Of a DNA stretch of 64,000 nt, positions 48,425 through 59,279 are shown one piece after another (within the stretch, counting starts at the first letter, position 1; each line of letters opens with the position of its first letter). The DNA is from Bacillota bacterium (GTDB lineage: Bacteria; Bacillota; JAAYKD01). The translations under genes were made by a program, and so were the position numbers. The stretch spans positions 2,304,001 through 2,368,000 of the forward strand of contig OY762825.2 of NCBI GenBank assembly GCA_963666425.2, read 5' to 3'. The notes under the pieces are model-generated. The model had not been told where the DNA came from, made no database searches, and saw only the letters and a program-made list of their open reading frames with translations.

Positions 48425-49321
48425 ATGAGCACGTTACTGTTTTTTGCCAATACGGAGGTATTGGCCATGGAAGGTCGGTTTTTTCGTGATCGGATCACAG
48501 TGAACAAGATCTGCCGCACAGAATTACCGGAGGGTACTTTGATCAACGGCGTCATCCTCAACGAAGCGGAGGTGGCGGTCGCGCTCAAGCAGTTTTTCAA
48601 GAGCAATCGTCTGGGCAGAAAGCGTGTTCAGCTGGTGATCGACAGCACCCAGTTTCAAATCAAGAATATAACCTTGCCACAGATAAAAGAGAAATTGCTG
48701 CTCGCTCTGGTGCAAAATGAATTTACCGGTCTGGATCGTTACCAGGAACCCATGTTTGATTATATGTATTTACAGGCCAACGAGAAGAATCCAAAAATGA
48801 TCGATCTGCTGGCTTGTGTCTGTGAACGCAGCTATATAAAAAGTTATGTCGAATTGTTTGAATCGATTGAAATACAACTGGCTGGTATCAACACGGCCTT
48901 AGGGAGTTTATTGAAACTAATTGAGCTGCTGCCGTTGTTTCGGGAGCGTACCTGCGTGCTGATGGTATTCAGCGGTGAGAATTTGTTCAGTATCTTAATT
49001 CAAAATGGCGCTTATAAGTATTCCAGCCGGATTCGTTTGTTTGCGGAGCGGGGAACGGCGGAATTTGCCACAGCTATTACCCGAGCGCTGTCTTCCATTC
49101 AGCAGTTTCAGATTTCCAATGAGAGCGGCTTCAGTATAACCGATACCTATTTCTGCGGCTGCAGCCAGGCGGATGTGGATGTCTGTCAGGACGGGCTGCA
49201 TGCGCTGCAGTTAACCGCACAATTGCTGCCGGAGAGCGAAGCGGTTGCTTTTCCGGTGGAGGAACCCGGCTGGCAGTTGAGTGATTATGTTTATTTAGTG
49301 GGGGATTTCATCAGGAGGTGA
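48425..49321 (+). CDS. PilM-like pilus alignment protein
   Basis: LPEGTLINGVI, YFCG actin-fold-like motifs; position after pilC. Confidence 0.65.
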   Translation: MSTLLFFANTEVLAMEGRFFRDRITVNKICRTELPEGTLINGVILNEAEVAVALKQFFKSNRLGRKRVQLVIDSTQFQIKNITLPQIKEKLLLALVQNEFTGLDRYQEPMFDYMYLQANEKNPKMIDLLACVCERSYIKSYVELFESIEIQLAGINTALGSLLKLIELLPLFRERTCVLMVFSGENLFSILIQNGAYKYSSRIRLFAERGTAEFATAITRALSSIQQFQISNESGFSITDTYFCGCSQADVDVCQDGLHALQLTAQLLPESEAVAFPVEEPGWQLSDYVYLVGDFIRR

Positions 49322-49326
49322 GCGCC

Positions 49327-49920
49327 ATGGCCTCTTATCGGCAGAAAGAGATCAATTTATACCGGCGATATCAGCAAAACGTCAAACGCAGCTATAGTAA
49401 ATGGCTGATCTATGCCGTTTCGGTGGCGGTCATCCTGATTATTTGTTTTGCCTGGGATGGCTGGCTGGATTGGCGCTGTGCTGAGTTGAGTAAGGAAATT
49501 ACCGAAACTCAAACCTATTTGGCCGACCCGGCGAATCTTCAGGCAAAAGAGACCAGCCAGACCGTCCACAGTCAGCTGGCTGCGGTCAATACAGAAATAA
49601 AAAAATTATCCAAAGCCTTTGCGGCGCTGGAATCATATCCCCATATGAACTCCATGCTGCTCAGTGAAATCGAAGCCTGCGGCGGCGAGACAATTACAAT
49701 TAGCATCACAGGATATCAAGCCTTGTCCGGTAAGTTGGAGTACATTGCGGTTTCCAGTCAGGTGATCGATATCCCTGCTTATATCAAAAGCCTGGAACAA
49801 TCAAATCTTTTTAAAGGCGTCAGTTATACCGGTTACGATTACAACAAAGACAAATATTTTTATCGCATCAATGTCAGCTTTTTCTTGAGCGAAACAGCGG
49901 GTAAGGCGGTGGTGCAATGA
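49327..49920 (+). CDS. PilN-like protein
   Basis: EINLY motif, TM and coiled coil, YIKSLEQSNLF. Confidence 0.65.
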   Translation: MASYRQKEINLYRRYQQNVKRSYSKWLIYAVSVAVILIICFAWDGWLDWRCAELSKEITETQTYLADPANLQAKETSQTVHSQLAAVNTEIKKLSKAFAALESYPHMNSMLLSEIEACGGETITISITGYQALSGKLEYIAVSSQVIDIPAYIKSLEQSNLFKGVSYTGYDYNKDKYFYRINVSFFLSETAGKAVVQ

Positions 49921-50528
49921 AAATCACCACGCAAATTACAGCGCGCGATCGCTTGCTGTTGGCGCTGCTTTTAATCATCGTGATCCTGGCCGGTTCGGTC
50001 AATTATCTGATTCTGCCGGCGCTGAACCGTAAAGCGGACCTTGAAATTGAATTAGACGATTTGAGAACGCAAAAAAAAGAAATGGCATATATCATTGCTT
50101 CCGGCGAAGCGGCAGCGGCAGAATTGACGCTTGCCCAGCAGCAATTGGCGGCGGCAATCGAGCGTCTACCGGTTGCTCTCAGCAATAAAGAACTGGATAC
50201 GCTGATCACAGGGTTAGAGCTCCGCTGTAATCTCTTACCAACCGCTTTGACCATTCAGGATGCGAAAGAGACGGTTGTTTTACCCTATAATCGAGCAGCC
50301 GAAGCAGCCAAGCAGACCGGTGGTTCTCTGCTGACCTCCATGCTTACTCTGAAATGCAGCGGCAGTCAGACGGATTTTCTGCGTTTTATGGATCTCCTCT
50401 CGGCAGAATACAACTACATTCGGCTGACCAAATTCGCAGTCACAGCTGCCATCGAGGATGTCGGCGCAATCGGTGCAACTGAAATGGATATTTCCTGTTC
50501 CTTTGAAATTTATATGTATCAGAAGTAA
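49917..50528 (+). CDS. PilO-like protein
   Basis: TARDRLLL, TM and coiled coil, GSQTDFLRFMD. Confidence 0.65.
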   Translation: MKITTQITARDRLLLALLLIIVILAGSVNYLILPALNRKADLEIELDDLRTQKKEMAYIIASGEAAAAELTLAQQQLAAAIERLPVALSNKELDTLITGLELRCNLLPTALTIQDAKETVVLPYNRAAEAAKQTGGSLLTSMLTLKCSGSQTDFLRFMDLLSAEYNYIRLTKFAVTAAIEDVGAIGATEMDISCSFEIYMYQK

Positions 50529-50537
50529 AGCTGGGGG

Positions 50538-52226
50538 ATGAATGTGAAAAATCTACCAATCGGGGAACTCTTAAGAGAGATGGGTTATATCACGGATGAA
50601 CAGATTCAATCGGCCTTAGCTTATCAAAAAGAGCATGATCATTTCAGAATGGGTGCCGCCCTGATTGAGTTGGGCTTTATCTCTGAAAAACAAATGCTGA
50701 TTGCTTTGGCACAGCGCCTGAATTTGCAGACCGTGAAAGTGGATCATTATCCGGTTGACCCGGAAGCGGTCAAACTGATCCCGCGCCAATTGGCGGAAAA
50801 ATACGGTATTCTGGCGGTGAAGACGAACGGGACGCTGCTGACGGTCATTACAAACGATCCTCTGAATTTCTACGCTCTAGAGGATATCCGGCAGTTGACC
50901 GAGCAGATGCTGGAAATTTTATTAACTGAACAAGCGCCGCTGCAGAAAGCCATCGCTTATTATTATACCGAGATTACAGCGCAGCAGGCCGCGCTCAATG
51001 CCAATCTGGAACCGGCCAAAGAAATCAACCGCGAATTCACCGGAGCCGCCATCATCAATGATGAAAACAGTGATGCGCCGGTCATCCGCCTGATCGATAG
51101 TCTGATCCAAAAAGCCTACAGCATTCAAGCCAGCGACGTGCATCTGGAACCGTTCGAAGCCAATACCATGGTGCGGATGCGGATTGACGGCGTGATTGTA
51201 GAATATCTGACCTTGCAGAATTCTCTGCATCCGTCTTTGATTGCCAGGATCAAGATCATGTCCAATATGGATATTACCGAAAAGCGCATCCCGCAGGACG
51301 GACATTTTCGCACCCGGGTCAGCGGTGAGGATCTTAACGTGCGTGTCTCCATTATTCCGACGGTTTTTGGTGAGAAAGCGGTCATGCGTTTGCTGGCCAA
51401 TAATACACGCATCGATTATTCCGGCCAATTTGGTATGAATGAGGATGCTTACAATCGTTTTCTACCCATGCTGGACTACCCGCACGGGATTATCTATATC
51501 ACCGGACCAACCGGTTCCGGCAAATCAACAACCCTTTATATGGTGTTGGAGCGATTAGCTAAACGCAAAGTCAATATCACGACCATTGAAGATCCGGTCG
51601 AGAAAAACATCCGCGGCGTCAATCAAACCCAAGTCAATCCGGTGGCGGGTCTGACTTTTGAAAGTGGTCTGCGCTCTTTGCTGCGGCAGGATCCGGACAT
51701 CATTATGGTGGGAGAAACCCGGGATGCCGAAACGGCTTCCATCTCTGTGCGCGCCGCCATCACGGGTCATATCGTGCTTTCCACTTTGCATACCAACAAT
51801 GCCACCGCCTCGATCGTGCGTTTACAGGATATGGGGATTGAAAATTACCTGATCGCCAATTCGCTGGTCGGCATTGTCGCGCAGCGCTTGCTGCGTAAGA
51901 ACTGCCCCAATTGTCTGCAGGAAATGGAAGTGACACCGGCCGAACGCAAGTGGCTGCCGGCTGACATCCTAACGGTCAAACGCAGCACCGGCTGTGTGCA
52001 ATGCAACCAAACGGGTTATCTTGGCCGGATTGCTGTGCATGAGGTTGTGACCATTGATAAAGACCTGCGCAGTATGATCGCTCGCAGCGCCAGCATGGAA
52101 GAGATCGATCATTACGCCATCAAAGTGCAGGGAATGCAGACGCTGCAGGATCAAGCTTTGGAATTGGTGCGCAAAGGTCAGATTTGTATGGAAGAAATGA
52201 TCAAATTGATGTTCTATGCGGCGTAA
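50538..52226 (+). CDS. pilB: Type IV pilus assembly ATPase (GspE family)
   Basis: IGELL N-domain, ASDVHLEP, PQDG, GPTGSGKST, LRQDPDIIMVGE, tetracysteine motif. Confidence 0.95.
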   Translation: MNVKNLPIGELLREMGYITDEQIQSALAYQKEHDHFRMGAALIELGFISEKQMLIALAQRLNLQTVKVDHYPVDPEAVKLIPRQLAEKYGILAVKTNGTLLTVITNDPLNFYALEDIRQLTEQMLEILLTEQAPLQKAIAYYYTEITAQQAALNANLEPAKEINREFTGAAIINDENSDAPVIRLIDSLIQKAYSIQASDVHLEPFEANTMVRMRIDGVIVEYLTLQNSLHPSLIARIKIMSNMDITEKRIPQDGHFRTRVSGEDLNVRVSIIPTVFGEKAVMRLLANNTRIDYSGQFGMNEDAYNRFLPMLDYPHGIIYITGPTGSGKSTTLYMVLERLAKRKVNITTIEDPVEKNIRGVNQTQVNPVAGLTFESGLRSLLRQDPDIIMVGETRDAETASISVRAAITGHIVLSTLHTNNATASIVRLQDMGIENYLIANSLVGIVAQRLLRKNCPNCLQEMEVTPAERKWLPADILTVKRSTGCVQCNQTGYLGRIAVHEVVTIDKDLRSMIARSASMEEIDHYAIKVQGMQTLQDQALELVRKGQICMEEMIKLMFYAA

Positions 52227-52307
52227 ACTTTCACTGAACAAAGAAAGCCGCTTTGCTGCCTGAAGAAAAAGCCTGCAGCGTTGCAACCGGAAAGGGAGAA
52301 TTACTTT

Positions 52308-53363
52308 ATGGCGATCAATATGGCAAGCATTGTGGAAATTGCCCGTGAGATGCATTGCTCCGATATTCATCTGTCGGTGGGCTTACCGCCGACTTTTCGT
52401 ATCGCCGGCAGTCTGCAGCAGGCGCCGTTCGCCTTGACGGATCAGGAGACGGAAGAGCTGATCAAGACCATGATGACGGAAGATCAGCAAAAGCAATTGG
52501 AGTTGGGATTCGATCAGGATTTCGCTTTTACTACGGCGCAGCATTCCCGGCAGCGCGTCAATATCTACCGGCAGCAGGGAAGACTAGCCACTGCCATCCG
52601 GCTGCTGAATCATCGCATTCCGATCCTGGAAGAACTGGGCTTGCCGCCAATTTTACAAACCTTGGCCGACGAACCGCGTGGTCTGATCTTAGTAACCGGG
52701 CCAACCGGCAGCGGCAAATCCACTACGCTGGCGGCAATGATTGAAAACATCAATCGCAAGCGTGCGGAACATATCCTGACGGTAGAGGATCCCATCGAGT
52801 ATATCTATGAGCAAAAGATGGCGATCATTCACCAGCGCGAAGTAGGTCACGATGTGCAGTCGTTTGCGGCTGCTCTGCGCTCCGCCCTGCGTGAGGATCC
52901 CGATGTGATCCTGGTGGGCGAGATGCGCGATTTTGAAACGATTTCTGCGGCCGTTACAGCAGCGGAAACAGGTCATTTGGTCTTAAGTACGCTGCATACC
53001 AGCGGCGCTGCGCAAACCATCGATCGGATCATCGACGCCTGCCCGGCCTCGACACAGGGTCAAATCCGCATCCAACTTTCCACCATCCTGCGTGGTGTTG
53101 TGACACAGCAGCTGATCCCTTTGGCGGACGGCAGCGGCAGAACCGTGGCGACCGAGATTTTAATCGGCACCGATGCGGTTGGCAACATGATCCGCGAGAA
53201 TAAATGCCACCAGTTGGATTCGCAAATGCAGGCGGGAGCAGCTACCGGTATGCATACACTCAACGGAGATCTGGTTCGCTTGCTGACAGCCAAAAAGATT
53301 ACCAAAGAAAATGCCTTGAAATTCTCATCCAGTAAACGGGATTTACAGCAATATCTCAACTAA
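52308..53363 (+). CDS. pilT: Type IV pilus retraction ATPase
   Basis: SDIHLSVG, GPTGSGKST, LREDPDVILVGEMRD, AVGNMIRE (AIRNLIRE-like). Confidence 0.95.
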   Translation: MAINMASIVEIAREMHCSDIHLSVGLPPTFRIAGSLQQAPFALTDQETEELIKTMMTEDQQKQLELGFDQDFAFTTAQHSRQRVNIYRQQGRLATAIRLLNHRIPILEELGLPPILQTLADEPRGLILVTGPTGSGKSTTLAAMIENINRKRAEHILTVEDPIEYIYEQKMAIIHQREVGHDVQSFAAALRSALREDPDVILVGEMRDFETISAAVTAAETGHLVLSTLHTSGAAQTIDRIIDACPASTQGQIRIQLSTILRGVVTQQLIPLADGSGRTVATEILIGTDAVGNMIRENKCHQLDSQMQAGAATGMHTLNGDLVRLLTAKKITKENALKFSSSKRDLQQYLN

Positions 53364-53404
53364 CAGGCAACAAAATTCTGGCTGCAGCGCTCAGAGGGGA
53401 CAAA

Positions 53405-55054
53405 ATGAAGAAAAAATTGATCGGTTTGTTTTTGGTCGTTTTAGTCGTTTTTGTGGCTATACGGATCACGATTGTCGCTCGGGCCTCCGGGGGAGATCAT
53501 GCCGCCAGCGATAGCGAAGTTTTTACAACTACTTTTTCCGGGGGCGGCACGCAGAGCAACCCTTGGTTGATTGCCACGGCCGACCAGCTGAAACAATTGG
53601 CCAATCAGGTGAACAGCGGCAATCGTTATCAAGATAAATATCTTACTTTGGAAAACGATATTGTCTTGGATCAAACTTCCAGCTGGGTGATGATCGGCTA
53701 CTCCGCAGAGAACAGTTTTCAGGGAACTCTGGATGGCGGCGGACATCGGATCAGTGGTCTGTTGCTCTCGAATCCGGGTGCAGGCGAATTCCAGGGGCTC
53801 TTTGGTTACAATACCGGCACCATTCGCTCTCTGCGCGTGGAAGCTGCGATCATTAGCCTTACCCTGCCCACTGCCGGCAAGCAGACCTATTACGCAGGCA
53901 TCATCGCCGGCTGCAACGGCGGCACGATTGTAGATTGCTACAGTACGGGCAACATCACGATGACCGGCAAGAATCTCTATGCCGGCGGTATTGCCGGGCA
54001 GAATCTGGCTGCGATTCAATCCTGTTTTTTCAAGGGTTCGCTGAGCGCTGAAACGACAAACGGAACCAGCAACGGCGGTGGGATAACCGGCAGTCATACG
54101 GGAACGATCCGTAATTGTTACAATACCGGCAGCATCAGTGCATCTTCTTATGCCGGTGGGATTACGGGAATCTCGTTTGGCGGTGTTATCAAAACCAGTT
54201 ATAACAGCGGAACGATTTTTTCCGCTGCAAATTCAGGCGGCATCAGCGGCGCCAACCTCTTGAAAGCCGTTACCGAAAACTGCTATTATCTGGAATCCTG
54301 CGGTGGTACGCGTTCGGGCACCGCCTTGACAGCAGCTGCAATGGCGAAACAGTCTTCTTATCTCGGTTTTGATTTTTCAAAGGTTTGGACACTCACTGCG
54401 GCGGCATTACCGGAGTATCCTTATTTGGCTGTATTTGCTGCCAATGTAGTGTCAGAGTCACTGCCGCTCAGCACGGTCAGCCAAACCGCAGACCGGCAGC
54501 AAATGATCAGCAAATTGAACGATTTAGACCCTTCCGCTGGGTATTATGAAGCGGTGGTCTATTGCCTGCAAAACGGTTATATCAATGGCATGAGTGAAAC
54601 AGAATTCGCGCCTGAATTGGCGGCAACAAGAGTCATGTTGGTTGAGATGCTGGCAAATTTAGCTTGCATTGATCGTTTACAATATGACGAGGCCTCTGGC
54701 TTCAGCGACGTTGTCACCGGAAAATGGTACTCGGCAGCGATTCAATGGGCAGCGGAAACCGGGATCGTCAGCGGGATGAATCACGAGACATTTGCTTACA
54801 GTGCCAGTTTGACCCGTCAGCAAGCAGCCGTGATGCTTTACCAGTTCGCACAACTGCAAGGTCTGCAGAGCGGCTTCACTCAAGATGCGCGTCTGGCATT
54901 TACGGACGGTGCCACAACGGCAGACTGGGCAGCAGATGCTATGGACTGGGCTGTCAGCAGAGGAATCCTTTCGGGAACGAATCATCTGCTGGAGCCACAA
55001 AAAACGGCCAGCCGGGCCGATATCGCACAGTATGTTTACCGCTACTTGCATTAA
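53405..55054 (+). CDS. Secreted GLUG-repeat protein with C-terminal SLH domains
   Basis: Signal peptide, GGGTQSNPWLI, repeated GGIAG/NCYNTG, SLH motifs (TRQQAAVMLY, SRADIA). Confidence 0.85.
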   Translation: MKKKLIGLFLVVLVVFVAIRITIVARASGGDHAASDSEVFTTTFSGGGTQSNPWLIATADQLKQLANQVNSGNRYQDKYLTLENDIVLDQTSSWVMIGYSAENSFQGTLDGGGHRISGLLLSNPGAGEFQGLFGYNTGTIRSLRVEAAIISLTLPTAGKQTYYAGIIAGCNGGTIVDCYSTGNITMTGKNLYAGGIAGQNLAAIQSCFFKGSLSAETTNGTSNGGGITGSHTGTIRNCYNTGSISASSYAGGITGISFGGVIKTSYNSGTIFSAANSGGISGANLLKAVTENCYYLESCGGTRSGTALTAAAMAKQSSYLGFDFSKVWTLTAAALPEYPYLAVFAANVVSESLPLSTVSQTADRQQMISKLNDLDPSAGYYEAVVYCLQNGYINGMSETEFAPELAATRVMLVEMLANLACIDRLQYDEASGFSDVVTGKWYSAAIQWAAETGIVSGMNHETFAYSASLTRQQAAVMLYQFAQLQGLQSGFTQDARLAFTDGATTADWAADAMDWAVSRGILSGTNHLLEPQKTASRADIAQYVYRYLH

Positions 55055-55520
55055 AAAGTAAGTGGATTTTACATGTTAGCATAAATAGGAAAACCGACAG
55101 TAACGCTTGCCGCTGCTGTCGGTTTTCCTATTTGTTTTTCAAATCAGCTGATTTTCTTCAGCGAAACGGTTGTTTTTTAGGCCTGATGCAATATGTAGTA
55201 TCATGGATATTTATGATGTTATGATAGTTTGCATCATGCTAAATAAGACAATTTTGAATTAAGAAATCGTTTGAAACTAACAATAATCATTAGAATGCGG
55301 CACTCTTACATTTCTCTTTATTCTGCTAAAATCTGGCGTGCCTGGAGAACTTGACTTCGTGTTCATACGTGTTATACTTTCAGAGAATTTAATCGGTAGG
55401 GTTCTAATTTTCGGGCGCTTGTGCTAATTCGAGGACCGTGACGAGAAGCTTAGCGCAAAAAAATCAATTTTATACTTGCCGCTTTTTTGTGCAAGTTGAA
55501 AGGAAGAGGGGGAAACTCGT

Positions 55521-55673
55521 ATGTCTTTATCAGCAGGTTTATTGGATTCTTTGTTTTGTATGACCGTAGTATTCGGTGTGCTGATCGTCTTGGCCGTGTT
55601 GATTCATTTATCCTCAAAGCTGATTATTGCTTTAACCGAAAAAGATACCAAGACGGATACGCCGACGGATTAA
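55521..55673 (+). CDS. OadG-like small subunit of a Na+-translocating decarboxylase (50 aa, not in ORF track)
   Basis: Manual translation MSLSAGLLDSLFCMTVVFGVLIVLAVLIHLSSKLII...; GAGGGGG RBS; directly upstream of the beta subunit. Confidence 0.75.
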   Translation: MSLSAGLLDSLFCMTVVFGVLIVLAVLIHLSSKLIIALTEKDTKTDTPTD

Positions 55674-55724
55674 CCGCTTGCCGCGCTTTGAACCGCCAAA
55701 CTTTGTTAAGGAAGGAAGAAAAAT

Positions 55725-56861
55725 ATGTTTCTTGAATCATTAATAAAAATCCTCCAGGAATCCGGCTTTGCAGCCCTGACCTGGCGCTCTATGCTGATGA
55801 TTGTGATTGCCTGTGTGCTGATTTATCTGGCGATCGGGAAAAAATTCGAACCGCTGCTGCTGCTTCCCATTGCTTTTGGTATGTTGCTGGCCAATCTGCC
55901 TTTAACCGGAATTATGAATGCGCCGTCAGCCACCTCCCCGATCGGCGGTTTGCTTTATTACTTATATCAAGGGGTGGAACTAGATATTTACCCTTCTTTG
56001 ATCTTCCTGGGCATCGGCGCCATGACGGATTTTGGTCCTCTGATTGCCAGTCCCAGCAGTTTATTGATGGGTGCCGGTGCTCAATTAGGCGTGGTGGTGG
56101 CTTTCTTGATTGCTACTGTGCTTGGCTTTAATCCTGGCGAAGCGGCTTCAATTGGTATTATCGGCGGTGCTGACGGTCCGACAGCCATCTATTTGACCTC
56201 AAGACTGGCGCCGCATCTGTTGGCTCCGATTGCCATTGCGGCTTATTCTTATATGGCCTTGATCCCTTTAATTCAACCGCCGATTATGCGGCTTTTGACG
56301 ACAAAAAAAGAGCGCGAAATTAAAATGGAACAGATGCGCAAAGTTTCCAAAATCGAAAAAGTCTGCTTCCCAATCATCGTAACGATTTTCTGCACTCTTT
56401 TACTTCCTTCCGTTGCTCCTCTGATCGGGATGTTGATGATGGGTAACCTCTTCCGGGAATCCGGTGTGACGGAACGTCTCTCCAATACCGCTCAAAATGA
56501 TTTGTGCAACATCGTCACCATTTTCTTAGGCACGACGGTTGGCGCAACTTCGGTCGGAGAGCGCTTCTTGCAACCGGAGACTTTAAAAATCATCGCTTTG
56601 GGCCTGGTTGCTTTCATGGTCAGCACCGTGGGTGGTTTGTTGATTGGTAAGTTGATGTGTGTGGTCAGCGGCGGCAAAGTCAATCCGTTGATCGGTTCCG
56701 CCGGCGTTTCCGCCGTACCAATGGCTGCCCGGGTTTCTCATATTGAAGGCCAAAAAGCCAATCGCTCCAACTGGTTACTCATGCATGCCATGGGACCGAA
56801 TGTAGCCGGTGTAATCGGAACAGCTGTGGCTGCCGGTGTTTATCTGACGCTCTTCCAATAA
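55725..56861 (+). CDS. Na+-translocating decarboxylase beta subunit (OadB/GcdB/MmdB)
   Basis: FEPLLLLPI, GAMTDFGP, IIGGADGPT, GVSAVPMAAR, HAMGPNVAG. Confidence 0.95.
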   Translation: MFLESLIKILQESGFAALTWRSMLMIVIACVLIYLAIGKKFEPLLLLPIAFGMLLANLPLTGIMNAPSATSPIGGLLYYLYQGVELDIYPSLIFLGIGAMTDFGPLIASPSSLLMGAGAQLGVVVAFLIATVLGFNPGEAASIGIIGGADGPTAIYLTSRLAPHLLAPIAIAAYSYMALIPLIQPPIMRLLTTKKEREIKMEQMRKVSKIEKVCFPIIVTIFCTLLLPSVAPLIGMLMMGNLFRESGVTERLSNTAQNDLCNIVTIFLGTTVGATSVGERFLQPETLKIIALGLVAFMVSTVGGLLIGKLMCVVSGGKVNPLIGSAGVSAVPMAARVSHIEGQKANRSNWLLMHAMGPNVAGVIGTAVAAGVYLTLFQ

Positions 56862-56910
56862 AGAGACCAGTTTTGATTCGTTCCTAAAATGAAATAGCTA
56901 CAAGCTTAAA

Positions 56911-56952
56911 GAAAACGGAACCGTTCCCCTTAGGAGAAGCGGTTCCGTTTTT
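56911..56952. terminator. Bidirectional terminator
   Basis: AAAACGGAACCG...CGGTTCCGTTTT between convergent genes. Confidence 0.7.
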
Positions 56953-56993
56953 GTCTGTTCATATCAGTATGAGAGGATGCTGTCTTACCGGTT

Positions 56994-58994
56994 TTATTCG
57001 GGATCCTTTCTGTCTGCCTTGGGAGGTTCGGCAATCGGATCGGCTGCATTAACGGGAATTTCCGTTTCGGCAACAGAGGGTGCCGGCTCCGCAGTCGGGT
57101 TTTCAGAGGTTGCAGGCACAGCCGCCGGTATAACAATTGCTTCAGTTGGCTCGGCTTTTTTGCCTTCCAATTTTTCCAGGAACTCTTTCCCGGTGATGGT
57201 TTCTTTCTCCAATAAGTATTCGGTCAGTTCATCCAGCATGCTGCGGTTCTGCAGCAGAATTTCTTTTGCTTTGGCATGACAATTGCGGATGATCTGTAAA
57301 ACTTCCTGATCCACAATCGTCGCGGTATCATTGGCGCAGACGAGAGAAGCATCACCGCTCAAATAGGCATTGTTGATGGTCTCCAACATCATCATATCGA
57401 AGTTATCACTCATGCCAAGACGAGTGACCATGGCGCGAGCCAGGCGGGTTGCCTGCTCAATATCATTAGCAGCCCCGGAAGTGATTTCGTTAAAGCAAAT
57501 TTCCTCGGCAGCCCGGCCGGCGGTTAAGACCGTGATGCGGGCTAAGGTATCGCTGCGGGATAAGAGCACATGTTCTTCTTCGGCAAGCTGCATGGTGTAA
57601 CCAAGTGCACCGGAGGTGCGGGGAACGATGGTGATCTTGTGTACCAACTGTTCTTTGTCAGCAAATGCGGCAACCAAGGCATGCCCGATTTCGTGGCTGG
57701 CAATCACGCGCCGTTCTTTCGGGGAAATCACGGCTGTCTTGCGTTGTTCGCCGGCTAAGGTCGTTTCGACTGCTTCATCCAGATCTTGTTGATTGACCAG
57801 CAGGCGATTGTTGCGCACGGTGCGCAGCGCCGCTTCGTTGATGATATTAGCCAGATCCGCACCCGAGGCACCGGGAGTGGAGCGGGCAATCGAACCAAGA
57901 TCGATATTTGTTTCGGCCTTGACACTCTTGATGTGGACTTTTAAAATAGCTTCGCGGCCTTTCAGATCGGGCAGCTCGACGGGAATGCGGCGATCAAAAC
58001 GGCCTGGCCGCAAGAGGGCGCGGTCGAGGACTTCCGGGCGGTTAGTAGCCGCCAGGATGATCACGCCTTTGGAAGAATCAAAGCCGTCCATTTCAGAAAG
58101 CAATTGATTGAGTGTCTGCTCGCGTTCATCATTGCCGCCCATGCCACCTGCATCGCGGCGTTTGCCGATCGTATCGATTTCATCGATAAAAACGATACAG
58201 GGGGCTTTTTCCTGCGCTTGTTTGAATAAGTCACGCACCCGGGCAGCGCCCATACCGACAAACATTTCTACGAATTCACTGCCGGTAATAGAGAAGAAGG
58301 GAACACCGGCTTCTCCGGCGACTGCTTTGGCCAGTAAGGTTTTACCGGTTCCCGGCGGGCCGACCAATAAGACCCCTTTGGGGATTTTCGCGCCGACATT
58401 GCTGTATTTTGCGGGGTTATGCAGGAAATCCACGACCTCCAGCAAAGAATCTTTGGCTTCTTCCTGGCCGGCTACATCGGCGAAAGTTTTACCGGTCTGC
58501 GCTTCCACATAGACCTTGGCATTGCTTTTACCAAACGACATCGCGCCGCCACCCATCCTTTTGGCCATTTGCTTGGAGAGCAATTGACCCAGGACAACAA
58601 AAATTCCGATCGGCAGAATCCAAGTAATGATAAACTCTAGGAAAGGAGAGAGCTGTTCCGGAATCTTACTATAGAAGTTGATCCCGTCAATGGCAGAAAG
58701 CCGATCAACTAAATTGGGATCGTTGATATATCCGGTTTCATATTGCGGCTTAGTACCATTGGTATCTGCTTTCCCGATGATATAAATCCGCGTATCTTCT
58801 AAGACAACGGTTTCAATTTTATCTTCTTTCAGCATGTCCAGAAAAGTACTGTATTCGATGGTTTCTACTTTCACTTCCATCATCCAGGGGATGATGAGTG
58901 TATTAAAGATAAAAATCGCCGCCAGCACAATCGCATAATAAAACATCAGTGAATTTTTAGGCTTTTGGAGTGGGTTTTTTAAGGGGTTTTTCAT
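56994..58994 (-). CDS. ftsH: ATP-dependent zinc metalloprotease FtsH
   Basis: Two TMs, [33 protein letters not shown]. Confidence 0.96.
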   Translation of the reverse strand: MKNPLKNPLQKPKNSLMFYYAIVLAAIFIFNTLIIPWMMEVKVETIEYSTFLDMLKEDKIETVVLEDTRIYIIGKADTNGTKPQYETGYINDPNLVDRLSAIDGINFYSKIPEQLSPFLEFIITWILPIGIFVVLGQLLSKQMAKRMGGGAMSFGKSNAKVYVEAQTGKTFADVAGQEEAKDSLLEVVDFLHNPAKYSNVGAKIPKGVLLVGPPGTGKTLLAKAVAGEAGVPFFSITGSEFVEMFVGMGAARVRDLFKQAQEKAPCIVFIDEIDTIGKRRDAGGMGGNDEREQTLNQLLSEMDGFDSSKGVIILAATNRPEVLDRALLRPGRFDRRIPVELPDLKGREAILKVHIKSVKAETNIDLGSIARSTPGASGADLANIINEAALRTVRNNRLLVNQQDLDEAVETTLAGEQRKTAVISPKERRVIASHEIGHALVAAFADKEQLVHKITIVPRTSGALGYTMQLAEEEHVLLSRSDTLARITVLTAGRAAEEICFNEITSGAANDIEQATRLARAMVTRLGMSDNFDMMMLETINNAYLSGDASLVCANDTATIVDQEVLQIIRNCHAKAKEILLQNRSMLDELTEYLLEKETITGKEFLEKLEGKKAEPTEAIVIPAAVPATSENPTAEPAPSVAETEIPVNAADPIAEPPKADRKDPE

Positions 58995-59279
58995 ATTCGT
59001 GATCCTTTCATAATATTAAGGGACAAAAAGATTCTAGTTATAATAGTTCGTGCTTTTCGCCTGTCAGACCTGCCTGCAATTTAAGTATTTTGTATGATGA
59101 ATCTTTGACAAATCTGTAAAAAAGAGAAATCTGCAGCCGGTTTTTTAAAAATGCAGGGATCCGGTCAGGCAAAGCCGAATTTAGATAGATAAAGTAGGTG
59201 CAGGAACGAAAGGTTTGCCTGTCAATGAGCCTGGTGCATATTTTCCAGAGATGAAAGAATAAAAAATGGAGTGTTAACA

